Source of the DNA: an uncultured virus (IMG/VR IMGVR_UViG_3300035698_024761)
Lineage: Duplodnaviria > Heunggongvirae > Uroviricota > Caudoviricetes
Length of the DNA: 64,000 bases
Strand: one strand, 5' to 3'
Virus record (IMG/VR): IMGVR_UViG_3300035698_024761
Shown here: one piece after another, positions 31,435-41,948 of the stretch
How positions within the stretch are numbered: position 1 is the stretch's first letter
Layout: every line of letters starts with the position of its first letter
Program-made: the position numbers and the translations under genes
Notes under the pieces: model-generated
What the model was told of the DNA's origin: nothing
What the model saw: only the letters and a program-made list of their open reading frames with translations
Databases searched by the model: none

Positions 31435-32994
31435 CTATTGCGATGCTCGCGCCCTCGCACGCTCGAGTGCCGCCATGGTGTCCTCAGTACGCGCAGGCGA
31501 CGCATGCGTCGGCTGATCGAAAGGCGGAGTTGCAGGTGCCGGCGGCGTCGTCGGTACCGCAACCTGTCCCAGCTGCTGCTGCTGCTGTTGCGGCTGTTGC
31601 GGCGGTTGCTGCTGCGACATCGCTTGCATGGGTGCCTGTGAAACCGGCGGCCCTGGAGGAGGCGATGTTACGACCTGCTGCGCATTTACGGGGGCAACCG
31701 GTACCCCTTGCGCCATCGGCGCCGGCCCAACGCCAGCACTCAAACTCATAGGCACATCCGGAGCTGGCGCGCCCGGCTGCAACGGCGCCCCAACAATAGG
31801 TGCCGCACCGCCCGGTGCCGCAAGTGGCGATGCCGCGGCAATCGGTAGCATTGGCGGCGGCGTACTGGGATCAGCCAACGGCGCCGCGGCCTGTACTGAC
31901 GGCTGCATGCTTTGCCCGCCAGGAGCGGCCAGCGGATTAGCCTGCGGCTGTTGAGGCGACTGTGCCTGCTGCGGGCCGGCCATCTCAGCCCTGGCTCGCT
32001 CTTGCACATGCTCGGGGATGTGTTCGGAATACATCTCACCCATGGCGTATACGCATGCCGACGCCGGAATGCCACAATTGCACAGCCGCCGCACCTGCTC
32101 CTCGATCGGCGGAATGTGGACGATCTGATCCCACATCTTCGATTTCTGCGCAACGGTACTGGCCAAATGCGGAATGGCAGCGGATATGTTATTGTAGGCG
32201 GTATGGAAAACAACCTCGTAGCGATTGTCCGCCATTGCGGCGCCTGCGCCGCCAGCTCCCGCGCCTAACTGCGACTGTCCGGCAGTTTGTCCGCCGGCCG
32301 GACCTTGCGTGCCCGCCTGATGAAACTGAATGTACATGCCAGCATTCAGATCAATAAGATCCGCATACTTCCAGCTGCCATCCTGATTCTTCTCTTGAAG
32401 CTTCTCCAAAAGCGCCTCGCCGGCCGACTGCGACAGGAACATTACCACGGTCGGCTGATCAAGCGTGCAGCCTATCGGCGGAGTAAGCAGCTTGCTCTTA
32501 TGCTCCACCAGAATTCCTTGCATCAAATACCCATCCTTCGGAAGGGTGAGTGGCTTCGGCCGCCCGGCGCCGCCAAAGCATAGCTGATTCCAGCTAGGCG
32601 GAGCTTGACCCGTTTTTACCATAGGCGGAATCGACCGATTGAGCATATAGATGGGCAGCTGCTGGGCGTCCATATCACTGTCGCGCGGATCTCGCAGAAT
32701 GAAGGTGATCCCGGGATTTCCAACTGACTGGGCCATCTCGTACTTACGGATCCAATCCCCGAAGTCGTAGGGGCCATCGCCGTAACGGAACGGGTCCCAC
32801 TCATCGGGTTTGGACGGGTTGCGCACGGGCAACGGACGAATGACCGTTCGCGTGCCGTGCCACGTGGGCTTATAAATACGGCACCCGCAGCCGTCCTTAA
32901 GAATATGCATCCCTTGCAGCCCGCGATCGGAAGGAACCCCGTGCTCCCCCATCAAATAACGACCACCACCCTCAACAGTACCTTCTCTCATCAT
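31435..32994 (-). CDS. Hypothetical protein, possible ssDNA-binding/recombination accessory factor with a long Pro/Gln/Ala tail
   Basis: Lies between the polymerase and recA genes; contains RTVIRPLP; start trimmed to MMREG. Function is a guess from context. Confidence 0.45.
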   Translation of the reverse strand: MMREGTVEGGGRYLMGEHGVPSDRGLQGMHILKDGCGCRIYKPTWHGTRTVIRPLPVRNPSKPDEWDPFRYGDGPYDFGDWIRKYEMAQSVGNPGITFILRDPRDSDMDAQQLPIYMLNRSIPPMVKTGQAPPSWNQLCFGGAGRPKPLTLPKDGYLMQGILVEHKSKLLTPPIGCTLDQPTVVMFLSQSAGEALLEKLQEKNQDGSWKYADLIDLNAGMYIQFHQAGTQGPAGGQTAGQSQLGAGAGGAGAAMADNRYEVVFHTAYNNISAAIPHLASTVAQKSKMWDQIVHIPPIEEQVRRLCNCGIPASACVYAMGEMYSEHIPEHVQERARAEMAGPQQAQSPQQPQANPLAAPGGQSMQPSVQAAAPLADPSTPPPMLPIAAASPLAAPGGAAPIVGAPLQPGAPAPDVPMSLSAGVGPAPMAQGVPVAPVNAQQVVTSPPPGPPVSQAPMQAMSQQQPPQQPQQQQQQLGQVAVPTTPPAPATPPFDQPTHASPARTEDTMAALERARARASQ

Positions 32995-33116
32995 TCGCCT
33001 CCAAGGACAAAAAGTTAAACAGATAACAGGTAGCAAATAGTAGATAAACATCACATAATCCTGGGAGCAACTTCCAGGCAGGTTTCATTACGAACGCGGC
33101 TCCCAATTGGATCATG

Positions 33117-36100
33117 CTAGCTATTGTAACCGTAATTCCGGTTGATTCCCAGTACGTCACATTCCTCCCATGTCAGCGTTTCGCCCCAGCGGGTGAACAC
33201 ATCCTTGGTAATGCCGAACTTATAATCCTGAGAGCCCGGCCAAGGTGTGCCATCCACATCGCAAGCCTTAAAAGATACCCGATCAACCATACATTCCTGC
33301 ATAACGTCACAGGTAGCATCGATACTTCGAGTAGGCGCCTCAAGAATCACAGCGTCGTGAATTTGTAGCACAATACGATAACCGAGTTCAGCCTTACGCG
33401 GATGATTGTACAGATAATCCAGCGCGGTGCTGACGGCGTCGGCCACGCCAGATTGGAACGGGAAATTCAGGAACTGTCGCTCCATTTCACCCATCGCACC
33501 GCGGTCGGACGACGGTATCACCCGCCGATATCTACCAAACGCATTGCGAATCCAGCTCGGCGTAGCGGCGCGCCCGCGCAATCGCTCTTGCAGTTGTTGA
33601 ATACCGGGATACCGCTGAAAAATCGTATTGATAACCTGCTGCGCCTCGCGAGGCGAGATCATAACGCCCTCTTCTTGAGCTTGGCGAGCACATGCTTCTG
33701 CCGTTCTACCGTACCCGACACCGAATATGATATTTTTAGCCGCAACGCGCATACCCGCTTTGCCTATTGACTTAAGGCCCTCCTTTGTAGGCTCACACGA
33801 AAGCCGAAAGGTCTCCACAGCAATGTTACTGTGAATATCGTACTGATTGGGATGTCCATCCGGTAGATTTGCACGTGTACAATGATCCAACATGGCGGTA
33901 TCCTGCGCCATCACAGCCATAGACATCAATTCGGCGCCAGTATAGTCAGCCTCTAGCAACACCGTAATCTCGCCATATTCCGGATCGGTATTGCTTGTAA
34001 TAAACGAGCGAATCGGCCACCGGTAAGCATCGCCCAGTATCCGTTTATAATCCTGCTCGCGTCGTTTGCTTAGGTTCTGCAAAGGCGGGCGCGCCGAACT
34101 AGCCCTGCCCGTGTCCTTAACTTGCTGATAATGACTTCGCACTCGCGAATCCATACAGATAAACGAGGCCATACCGCCAGGGTAAACTCGTCGACCAGCT
34201 CCATCAATTATGTACTCGTCATCGTCGTCCGCTTTGGGTGGGCGGAGTACTGATTTCAGGATTTGATCGATGAGTTTAACGTCTCGTAAACGAAAGGCCG
34301 TTTCGTTATCCATACCCAAAATGCCACACACTTCTTTATCGGTACTAGGTGCATGTTGTGCAACAGTGCCACGCTCCACAATACGCGACCAGGGTTGTGA
34401 TCGCTGCCCAGCTGTCTTTACCGGCTTAAGATACAAGCTATTCGCTTCGGGCGGCCGTACGCGTATACGCTCGCCCGTAGCGGCGTCTCGCTTTGTAGAA
34501 TATTGCTCGCCGAAAAGAAGCGCCACGCATTGCTGTGGACTTCGAGGATTGAACTCACGCCAGTTCATTTCTATACGTAACGCTGTCAGCAAACGCTCGC
34601 GCGACTGCATATACAAATCAGTCAATGCATCGATCCGCTGATGATCAACTTTCAGGCCTGCCGTCCCCATTTCATTGAAGGCCGGAAAAGCAAGCATACT
34701 GATTTGGAAAGGCAGCCAACAATCATTACCGAAGCTATCGGCATTGAGTAGCTGACAATGCACGTCCATTAGTTGTCGCGTATAGGCGGCGTCTTTACCG
34801 CCATAAGGAAGAAGTATCTCATCGGGACAATCGCCATAGCCTTCGAGATCCTTCGCTTTGAGATTGTGCGATTTGCAATACTCCGTTTTCCATCGCGTTA
34901 GCTCCACGTCCCAACGGCTAGCGCCACAATAACGAGTTGCCATAACTTCGAGCTTGAAGTCGCCAGTTTCGTTGCACGCGTGATGTGCTAGCGCCACGTC
35001 CATTCCGCCGGCATAGTTACCGCCCCGCACCTGACTGAGATCCCTGGACACTACAAAGCGATGCCGAAGATCCAATCCAGCGTGCATTAGCCACGGTAAA
35101 TCGGCAGAGAAAAATGAGCCACCGATCTGAACGTCATCTCGATCTAACAATCGCCGTAATTGTGCTACGGCGTATTTCTGCCCAGGCATAAACACCGGAT
35201 GGCCGCCTGCTTGTCGCAATACGATGACAGCAGCATAGTGGCCATGATGGCTAACCTGAATAGTGCGCAAGTACGCACCCGGCTCGTTAGGGTGCTCGCC
35301 ATGCCATTCGGCGTCGACACCGATCTTCTTCAGCCCCGGCTGCGCCAGCACGGCATCGACATACTCTTTGAGTTCCCTTTCTTTATAGATGTACTGCAAA
35401 GTAATATCGGCTTCGCGGTCAACAAAGTCCTCGCCATGTACGAGCGATACGAAATCACGCAATGTCGCCTCGAATTGCGGATAAACCTCCGTCTGCCGCA
35501 GCACCATAGCAGGATGTACGACGGCCATGACCTTCATGGAATGCATCAATGGCTCTTCGCCGGTCTCGTGCAACGATACTTCCACTTCTTCTATACGGCC
35601 GATCATATTGCTGACCGTATTACCGGCACCGCAAACGTGTTTAGTTGCCTCGGCGCCTAAACACAGCACATGCGTCGGCTTGACCAATCGAAACTCCTGA
35701 TGAAGCAGCGGTAAGCAATCCTTGATCCAACGGACCGGCAAAGCGCCGCCGCTAGCATTGATATTCTGCCATCGCACTAGATTGCAAATGTAGCACTCTT
35801 CAATCTCGTCATCCACCATGCCTGCTAAACGCAATACGCGACCGAGTTCGTAGCCAGATGGCCCGCAGAGATTACGCCCGGACATTTCCTCTTCCCCGCC
35901 CGGCATCTTACCCACAATCATCACAATTGGACGATCATCGCCCGCCTCGCGAATGCGTAATGGCCCGGTAGGCGATCCGCCCCACATATGTCCCGGTATT
36001 GTACGCACTAATACCTTCTCGCCCTTGAAACTCACGGGTAGCGAGAACTCATTGTTATACAGACATTGCAAATATAGCTGTGACAACTGAAAACCTGCAT

Positions 36101-36305
36101 ACGTCGCACATTTAGCGTCGCCCACGCCTGCAAGCGTAACGGGTACTGCATCACTTAGCACAGCAGCGTGCTCGCAAAAATCAACCCCAGGCACAGGCAT
36201 ACCCGGAGATGTTAACGGATAGAACGGATACCTACTAGCGGCCGGGTTATCCATATCTCCAGCCAGGATAGCTTCGACATCTTCGATGCTTAACGCTTGC
36301 ATCAT
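33117..36305 (-). CDS. polA: Family A DNA polymerase with N-terminal uracil-DNA-glycosylase-like domain and 3'-5' exonuclease
   Basis: UDG family-4-like VMIVGKMPGGEEEMSGRNLCGPSG...LCLGAEA...HPAMVLR; exonuclease GVDAEW; polymerase motifs EADYTGAEL, RVAAKNIIFGVGYG and LQIHDAV. Confidence 0.9.
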   Translation of the reverse strand: MMQALSIEDVEAILAGDMDNPAASRYPFYPLTSPGMPVPGVDFCEHAAVLSDAVPVTLAGVGDAKCATYAGFQLSQLYLQCLYNNEFSLPVSFKGEKVLVRTIPGHMWGGSPTGPLRIREAGDDRPIVMIVGKMPGGEEEMSGRNLCGPSGYELGRVLRLAGMVDDEIEECYICNLVRWQNINASGGALPVRWIKDCLPLLHQEFRLVKPTHVLCLGAEATKHVCGAGNTVSNMIGRIEEVEVSLHETGEEPLMHSMKVMAVVHPAMVLRQTEVYPQFEATLRDFVSLVHGEDFVDREADITLQYIYKERELKEYVDAVLAQPGLKKIGVDAEWHGEHPNEPGAYLRTIQVSHHGHYAAVIVLRQAGGHPVFMPGQKYAVAQLRRLLDRDDVQIGGSFFSADLPWLMHAGLDLRHRFVVSRDLSQVRGGNYAGGMDVALAHHACNETGDFKLEVMATRYCGASRWDVELTRWKTEYCKSHNLKAKDLEGYGDCPDEILLPYGGKDAAYTRQLMDVHCQLLNADSFGNDCWLPFQISMLAFPAFNEMGTAGLKVDHQRIDALTDLYMQSRERLLTALRIEMNWREFNPRSPQQCVALLFGEQYSTKRDAATGERIRVRPPEANSLYLKPVKTAGQRSQPWSRIVERGTVAQHAPSTDKEVCGILGMDNETAFRLRDVKLIDQILKSVLRPPKADDDDEYIIDGAGRRVYPGGMASFICMDSRVRSHYQQVKDTGRASSARPPLQNLSKRREQDYKRILGDAYRWPIRSFITSNTDPEYGEITVLLEADYTGAELMSMAVMAQDTAMLDHCTRANLPDGHPNQYDIHSNIAVETFRLSCEPTKEGLKSIGKAGMRVAAKNIIFGVGYGRTAEACARQAQEEGVMISPREAQQVINTIFQRYPGIQQLQERLRGRAATPSWIRNAFGRYRRVIPSSDRGAMGEMERQFLNFPFQSGVADAVSTALDYLYNHPRKAELGYRIVLQIHDAVILEAPTRSIDATCDVMQECMVDRVSFKACDVDGTPWPGSQDYKFGITKDVFTRWGETLTWEECDVLGINRNYGYNS

Positions 36306-36306
36306 A

Positions 36307-37362
36307 TTACCTCATTAGTAGCTGCATGTTGGCCGCGCCGGCAGCAGCATTGACCATATCCCAAAAATATGTCGGATTCTGCCTAATAATACTAGCAGGA
36401 TCCGTCTTAGCCGGCATGTTCACGCGATTGACGATAATGCCTTGCTGCTGCATTGTGTGAAACAGCATCTCGGACTCGTAATAGGCGTCGTCATCCAATG
36501 CTAGAATCACCTGTGACCAATTGGCAAAGATATTCTGAAACTGCGGCATAGACATTGATTTGCCTAACAGCGCGACGGCAGGCGGACCCACCGCAATGAC
36601 GTCGGTTACGCCCTCTACGATAATGCAAAAGTTGAAAGCCCTAGCATGATCGTACCCGTAAAGCCATTGGCGCCTAGGCACACCGCGGACGTTATAATAC
36701 TTAGGCACGCCGGCCTGCTTCCAGTTAAGATCGCCCGCATACCTGGCTTGCCATCCAACGTATTTGTTATCCATACGGACCGGAAAGATAATTCTATCCT
36801 GGGCCATATGGCTTTCGGGCAACGCCTTAACGCAGAACTTCACGTCGTAATCCTTAGCCATCACATCGAGGTCAAGTTCGCGGTATGTTAAATACTCGGC
36901 AGCATGATGGCCCGCCGGCAACTCGTTGATCGGAATACATTCGCCGGGATCATTTATTTCGTAGAGTTCGCCACTGTAGACTTGTCCGGGATAAATCAGC
37001 ACCTTTCGCCGAAACTTCCCGGGCGTGTAAACCATGCTACGAAGCCGCTGTCGCCCCTCCCAATCGAACTCACAATTGTAACAGTAAGCGGCCCACCACA
37101 TGCGCTCGCGCGGCATGTATTCGGGACCAACTCCCCAGCGATGGTTAATCCAAAGCCGCTGTCGGGTATCAGAACAAAAGGGACAATTCACTCGATAATA
37201 TTCACCAGATGACGTCAACGCAAACTGACGACTCTCTGCTAGCGTATTTACCGGCCTGCCGTACAAAGCCTCGCCCTGCCTCGCAATAATGGCGCGGCCG
37301 AACATGCCACCCAGCACATTATAAAGCGCTGGGTTCAACGCTCCGCTATAGCCTTCGTCCAT
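36307..37362 (-). CDS. DNA primase (Zn finger + TOPRIM)
   Basis: CPFCSD...CYNC, RIIFPV, PKYYN, IVEGVTD and LALDDDA. Confidence 0.85.
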   Translation of the reverse strand: MDEGYSGALNPALYNVLGGMFGRAIIARQGEALYGRPVNTLAESRQFALTSSGEYYRVNCPFCSDTRQRLWINHRWGVGPEYMPRERMWWAAYCYNCEFDWEGRQRLRSMVYTPGKFRRKVLIYPGQVYSGELYEINDPGECIPINELPAGHHAAEYLTYRELDLDVMAKDYDVKFCVKALPESHMAQDRIIFPVRMDNKYVGWQARYAGDLNWKQAGVPKYYNVRGVPRRQWLYGYDHARAFNFCIIVEGVTDVIAVGPPAVALLGKSMSMPQFQNIFANWSQVILALDDDAYYESEMLFHTMQQQGIIVNRVNMPAKTDPASIIRQNPTYFWDMVNAAAGAANMQLLMR

Positions 37363-39002
37363 TATTGTGTCTCCATGGCAATATCCGAATCACTGGCATT
37401 GGTAGGCGGAGTAGTTTGGCCATCATACATCGTATCACGCAGCCTATCCAATTCCGTAACTTCTGCGAACCGACCGGTATGGGGATCGAGTCGAAATTCA
37501 TCGTCAGCTGGCTCTAGTCGCTGAAAATCGCCGCGGACACGGCAAATCATTTTCTCTTTGCCTGCGGCGTTGCGAGACTTAGTCGCGCCGAGCAAACATA
37601 TATCACGCTTCTGATCTTTAGTGCCCAACACCAAACAGTTCCATGCCAGCTGTGCAAACGTTTTGCACCACTGAGCATCCGAATGCGACGGTAGCCTAGA
37701 TGGCGACGCATCATTGGCCTGCCCACTCAGCTGATGCACAGCCCAGCCAACTGCGCCATGCGGCGCAACAACATCCCGGGTAAAGGCAGCAACAAAAGTG
37801 CTCAGCTCACGCGTCAACGCATCCGTGTTCTGGTACTTAGTTTGCAGATAGTTATACAAGCATAACCCGCACCAGTCGAGTATAATGAGCCCCAAGGGTC
37901 GCTCCAATTCGCGCACTGTACGATCGCACACTTCGCGCACCTCGGCTAGTCCACGATTTCCCCCTTCAGAAGAGAGCGAAGGTCCGAAATCGATCGGTTT
38001 GAGGTACTGGTTCAGCCAAAGACATTGCTGCAACCGCTCCATTTCACAGAGCTGCATATCTAACGGCTTGGCTGCTTGCATTTGCTTCTCGTAATCCTTC
38101 AAAAAGCCCGGCCGACTAAGATAATCATAGGTCAAGACTTTCCTAAATGTTTGAACAGGAATATTGGCAGCATTTGCCATAATGCGACCTTGCAAAGACA
38201 ATCCATCATCTTCGTAAATGATTATAATGGCGGCTTTGCCCCTCTCGCCAGTCTCCCGCTCGTATTCGCGTTGCGATATCGCATAGCTCACAGCCATCTG
38301 CACGCTGAGAAGCGTTTTGGCAACGCCCGTCGCCCCCAATAGTACGTTAGTTTCACCAGGTACGCCACCGCCACCGATAAACTCATCCAGCCAACCGATA
38401 CCCGAAGATGTCATAGTTTTACCGCGGCGATCCCAGACGTTGGGAATAGCGTCTAGCGACTTCCGCTCGGATATCATGCTCACCCGCTGCCATTTGCTAG
38501 TGAGCGCTGCCATGACTGTAGCCGGATCGACATCACCGGCTTGCCGTACGACATCCACGAAAGTGGACGTAGCGTCGTAGAGCATCCGCGTTTGAATAAG
38601 CGCTCGCAAATAACCGCGCGCAGCCTTTAAGTCGGACGCTATTGCCTCAGTAGAGTGTATTTGTGAATTATAGGCTTCTTGAATGATCTCATAGGCCCAC
38701 CGCTCAGTCGCTGCTGTAGCCTCGTCGGACGACTTGATGCGCGAGCTAGTCTGCGCCCAAAGCGAATCCTTTGTGGGCAGTACCCGATGCTCATTGTAAA
38801 GTTCGACTGCCGCCGCCCAGATGTACCTGTATGTTAATTCATCAGGCCTATTCAAAATGGTAGGATCGAGCATATCCACGCACTGTCGAAAGAAATCTTC
38901 AATACGAAGCGCCGTGAGTAGCACCATCCATACTGTATTCCTATTTACAGGCACGGCGGGCGGCGTATCCTGCTCTTGCTCTCGATAATTCTGCGTTTGC
39001 AT
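37362..39002 (-). CDS. Replicative DnaB-like (SF4) helicase
   Basis: Walker A-like GATGVAKT, LIILD, WAVHQLS and KSRN; coupled to the primase gene. Confidence 0.75.
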   Translation of the reverse strand: MQTQNYREQEQDTPPAVPVNRNTVWMVLLTALRIEDFFRQCVDMLDPTILNRPDELTYRYIWAAAVELYNEHRVLPTKDSLWAQTSSRIKSSDEATAATERWAYEIIQEAYNSQIHSTEAIASDLKAARGYLRALIQTRMLYDATSTFVDVVRQAGDVDPATVMAALTSKWQRVSMISERKSLDAIPNVWDRRGKTMTSSGIGWLDEFIGGGGVPGETNVLLGATGVAKTLLSVQMAVSYAISQREYERETGERGKAAIIIIYEDDGLSLQGRIMANAANIPVQTFRKVLTYDYLSRPGFLKDYEKQMQAAKPLDMQLCEMERLQQCLWLNQYLKPIDFGPSLSSEGGNRGLAEVREVCDRTVRELERPLGLIILDWCGLCLYNYLQTKYQNTDALTRELSTFVAAFTRDVVAPHGAVGWAVHQLSGQANDASPSRLPSHSDAQWCKTFAQLAWNCLVLGTKDQKRDICLLGATKSRNAAGKEKMICRVRGDFQRLEPADDEFRLDPHTGRFAEVTELDRLRDTMYDGQTTPPTNASDSDIAMETQ

Positions 39003-39014
39003 TTTGTCTCTCTC

Positions 39015-39878
39015 CTAAAGCTCGACGACGAGCTGCGCCGTGGCCTCGTCAAGCAACGACTTAGGGATCTTCCCCAGCCACGTCTGCGCATAGCCAGCGG
39101 GATTAACTATCAGCTGACGTAACGCTACATCATGTAATCTTGCCACTGCATCCATATACCCACTCGCATGCGCGATGCAGTACCGAAATAACGCTGAGAT
39201 ATTTGTGAACTGCAAATCCACAGCTACCGCCTGTTCAATCTCTTTCAGGCTTTTATGCGGAAATGTCTTCCGCGTAATATCTACGGCATATTGCCAAGCG
39301 ACCCGCTCTGAATTAAAGCGGGCAACAAGCCCCTCTTCCATCTGTGTAAGAAACTTCGCATAGCGATCGATTGCCGTAGCTCGTGACAGCTCGCGAGGAT
39401 ACGGTATCCGCTCGCTACGCAGCTGAGCCGCAACGAAGCCTTCAGGATCCGGCCATCCACGACTAATCAGCACATCGGCAACCTTCAACCAATCATCCAT
39501 CTTATCGGACGGCACATATTGCGATTCCCGTTGTCGAATAATCGTTCGCTCCGTGCGTACCGCCTTGACATAAGCATTACAAACGCGCTGAGCAATAGCC
39601 AGCCGCTTCCGTTGCAATGCTGTTAACTCGGGTCTATTAGTCTCCAACGGCGTCGCTTCGCTGTCCGGCGGCGCCGCCTGCATCTCCGCTGCCGGTATGC
39701 TTGGCTTAAAGGGACGCACGATACGTACCCCTCGTGCCAGGCACCCAGATCGAGCCATCGGGCATGATCTGTGTCCATTCCTGTTTAGCGTAAGCGTATC
39801 TCCGCTCTTGCGATTTGCGCCGGAAATTGTCATCAAAATAATCGATAGAGTCAAATACGAGCCCCACCCGTTTTCCAA
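39015..39878 (-). CDS. Hypothetical protein
   Basis: ORF between the two helicases; true start probably near 39760. Confidence 0.55.
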   Translation of the reverse strand: MENGWGSYLTLSIILMTISGANRKSGDTLTLNRNGHRSCPMARSGCLARGVRIVRPFKPSIPAAEMQAAPPDSEATPLETNRPELTALQRKRLAIAQRVCNAYVKAVRTERTIIRQRESQYVPSDKMDDWLKVADVLISRGWPDPEGFVAAQLRSERIPYPRELSRATAIDRYAKFLTQMEEGLVARFNSERVAWQYAVDITRKTFPHKSLKEIEQAVAVDLQFTNISALFRYCIAHASGYMDAVARLHDVALRQLIVNPAGYAQTWLGKIPKSLLDEATAQLVVEL

Positions 39879-41247
39879 TACTCTCTTCGATACGGCATAC
39901 TCGGCCAGGTGATTGCACGCTTGCCGTTGCGCTAGCCCCGCCGTCTGCCCGCCATAACACCTCCAAGCTATCGAAACTTACACCTGTAGACCAAACGCCA
40001 GTAGCAATAGCGCCAAGAAACTCCCGACGCTCAAATGCCCGTCGCATAGTATCGCGACCGGCGGCTGACAAGGCAGGCGTCGTAGGGTCGAGAATGCCCC
40101 AGTTGATAAATTTCTGCCGCTTCTCCGCGTCGGAAAGCGCGGCTTCGGAATAGCACAACTGAAAGTCGGGCAAAAGTTGATGCAAGTGCAAACCGTGCTC
40201 TACCGTCTCAACAAGCACTAGCACCTGATGCCCCTCATTAAACATCTCCATTGCCGTATCGGCAATGATTTTATTGCGCGTAGAGTTACGCCAAATACCG
40301 TGCCGCTTACGTGCTGTATCATCTCGCAGCGTGCTGCAAGGGTTACAGTCCATCGTGCATCCAAACCACTGCACACTGATAGGCACAACCAAATCATGGG
40401 ATACGGCTTCTGAATAGAGCATACGAAAGATGACAGGCCCACAAAGGCCCTCCATCCGCACATGGGCATTATCAAACCGCGTATCCGTAGTCGCAGTAAA
40501 TCCAAACATGCGGGCGCAGGGATAACGGGCCAGTTTCTCGACCCGCTGATCGGTCATTAACGTATGCACTTCGTCAGCTAGCACGATATTGGCCGTATAG
40601 TCCGAATGATGCAAGCTATCGGCCGAATAGACTGTAACGCGCCCGTGTCGTTTTTTGCCGCAGCCCATCTGCCCCACGCCAGGAATCCATTGCATCAACT
40701 TCGTAATAAGGCTATTCACATTGTCCTTACCCTCAGTGATGATATCGATTTTGGCCTTCGGATAAAGAGCGCAGATCATACCCATCATATGGGTCTTACC
40801 GAATGCCGGGACAGCATCAATAACGCCGCCGTCATGCATATCAATCTGTGCCAAACAGACGTCCTGCTGCGGACGAAACGTGAATAGCTCAAAGACGCGA
40901 TCCCAGTTAGCACGATAAATCTCAGGCGATACTGGCGGATTCTTGTCGATTAAGTCGACGGCGTACCCAAGACCATGCAGAATCTCGGTAAGGCGAGATA
41001 GAAATCCGCGTAAACAGCAGAAGCGGCCCTCGCCATCAAAATGGTAAAGCCTTCTATGCTCTAGCTTTACATGGGCCTCGTGGCTGCCAGATTCGTCGTA
41101 GGCCGCCTGCCCTTTCAAATACTGTCGATGCGTATATTCAAGCGGCTCTGCAAGCTTCTTAACAACGGCTTTAGACAATGGAACCTGGCCGTCGACAGAA
41201 ATCTCGATGAGTACACCCTGACGACGAACGATAGCGCGTTTTGACAT
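39706..41247 (-). CDS. SF2 (UvsW-like) DNA helicase
   Basis: RPQQ, PAFGKT, ADEVH, GFTAT, STGVS and QSPGRVCR. Confidence 0.85.
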   Translation of the reverse strand: MSKRAIVRRQGVLIEISVDGQVPLSKAVVKKLAEPLEYTHRQYLKGQAAYDESGSHEAHVKLEHRRLYHFDGEGRFCCLRGFLSRLTEILHGLGYAVDLIDKNPPVSPEIYRANWDRVFELFTFRPQQDVCLAQIDMHDGGVIDAVPAFGKTHMMGMICALYPKAKIDIITEGKDNVNSLITKLMQWIPGVGQMGCGKKRHGRVTVYSADSLHHSDYTANIVLADEVHTLMTDQRVEKLARYPCARMFGFTATTDTRFDNAHVRMEGLCGPVIFRMLYSEAVSHDLVVPISVQWFGCTMDCNPCSTLRDDTARKRHGIWRNSTRNKIIADTAMEMFNEGHQVLVLVETVEHGLHLHQLLPDFQLCYSEAALSDAEKRQKFINWGILDPTTPALSAAGRDTMRRAFERREFLGAIATGVWSTGVSFDSLEVLWRADGGASATASVQSPGRVCRIEESIGKRVGLVFDSIDYFDDNFRRKSQERRYAYAKQEWTQIMPDGSIWVPGTRGTYRASL

Positions 41248-41388
41248 TGAAAAGTCCTGCGTATTTGGTTCAATGGCTATTGACCAGCAGCGCAGGGATT
41301 GCTATCATCAGGAGTATAAGTTCCCCAACGACCAGCTATCCCCAGGTCGTAGCACACACGGCCCGTCGCTCCCAACGGCGGGCCATTT

Positions 41389-41877
41389 CTATGCGCCCTG
41401 CGGCGCTCGTTTGCGTCCCGGACGCTGCTTACGCTCCACCGTGAGCACTGCAAACGTCCCATAGTCTCTTTCTTGCCGATAAGGGCTCATGCCTTTGTAT
41501 CGCCCGACAATAGTCAATAACTCTCTGAAATCGTCAAGAGAGATCTCGTCAGGGATTACCGCATGCACACGAACAGTATCTCCCGGATAAAATGCCTCGT
41601 GTCGCGTATAGCGACCTACGGTGTAATATCGCTTGTATTCACTCGACTGCCCATCAATTACGGGATCCCAATCGATACGCTTAACGGCGCCTTGATGCCG
41701 ATTAAGCAACTGCGCCGCGTATTTCATTGATGCGTCCCACCACGTAGCGAGAAACATCACGCGGCCATCAGGGGCGTGTAGAAACTTATCGAGCTTTCCA
41801 AATCGACAATTTCCTAGAGAATGCCGAATGAACCTCAATGTCGCTTTGACTTCGATCATGGCACGTCCTTGTACCAA
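41389..41877 (-). CDS. Stand-alone RAMP/Cas7-like protein (putative)
   Basis: N-terminal strand IEVKATLRFIRHSLG, DGRVMFLATWW helix, HEAFYPGDTV, and C-terminal G-loop-like VGRYKGMSPYRQERDYGTFAV. Confidence 0.5.
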   Translation of the reverse strand: MVQGRAMIEVKATLRFIRHSLGNCRFGKLDKFLHAPDGRVMFLATWWDASMKYAAQLLNRHQGAVKRIDWDPVIDGQSSEYKRYYTVGRYTRHEAFYPGDTVRVHAVIPDEISLDDFRELLTIVGRYKGMSPYRQERDYGTFAVLTVERKQRPGRKRAPQGA

Positions 41878-41948
41878 CTATATTGGCTATCCTAGCTCTG
41901 TGAATCTGCCGCGTCAATGTACATAAAGTCAGATTTTTGGACGATGGA

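Noticed and set aside
31560..31620. Short tandem repeats (poly-Gln here; PQP near 54745-54790; ESQP near 61661-61702)
   Set aside because: They are in-frame low-complexity coding repeats, not arrays.
41250..41948. A separate short-repeat guide tract flanking the RAMP-like gene
   Set aside because: No periodic repeat was visible by eye in the short intergenic sequences on either side.
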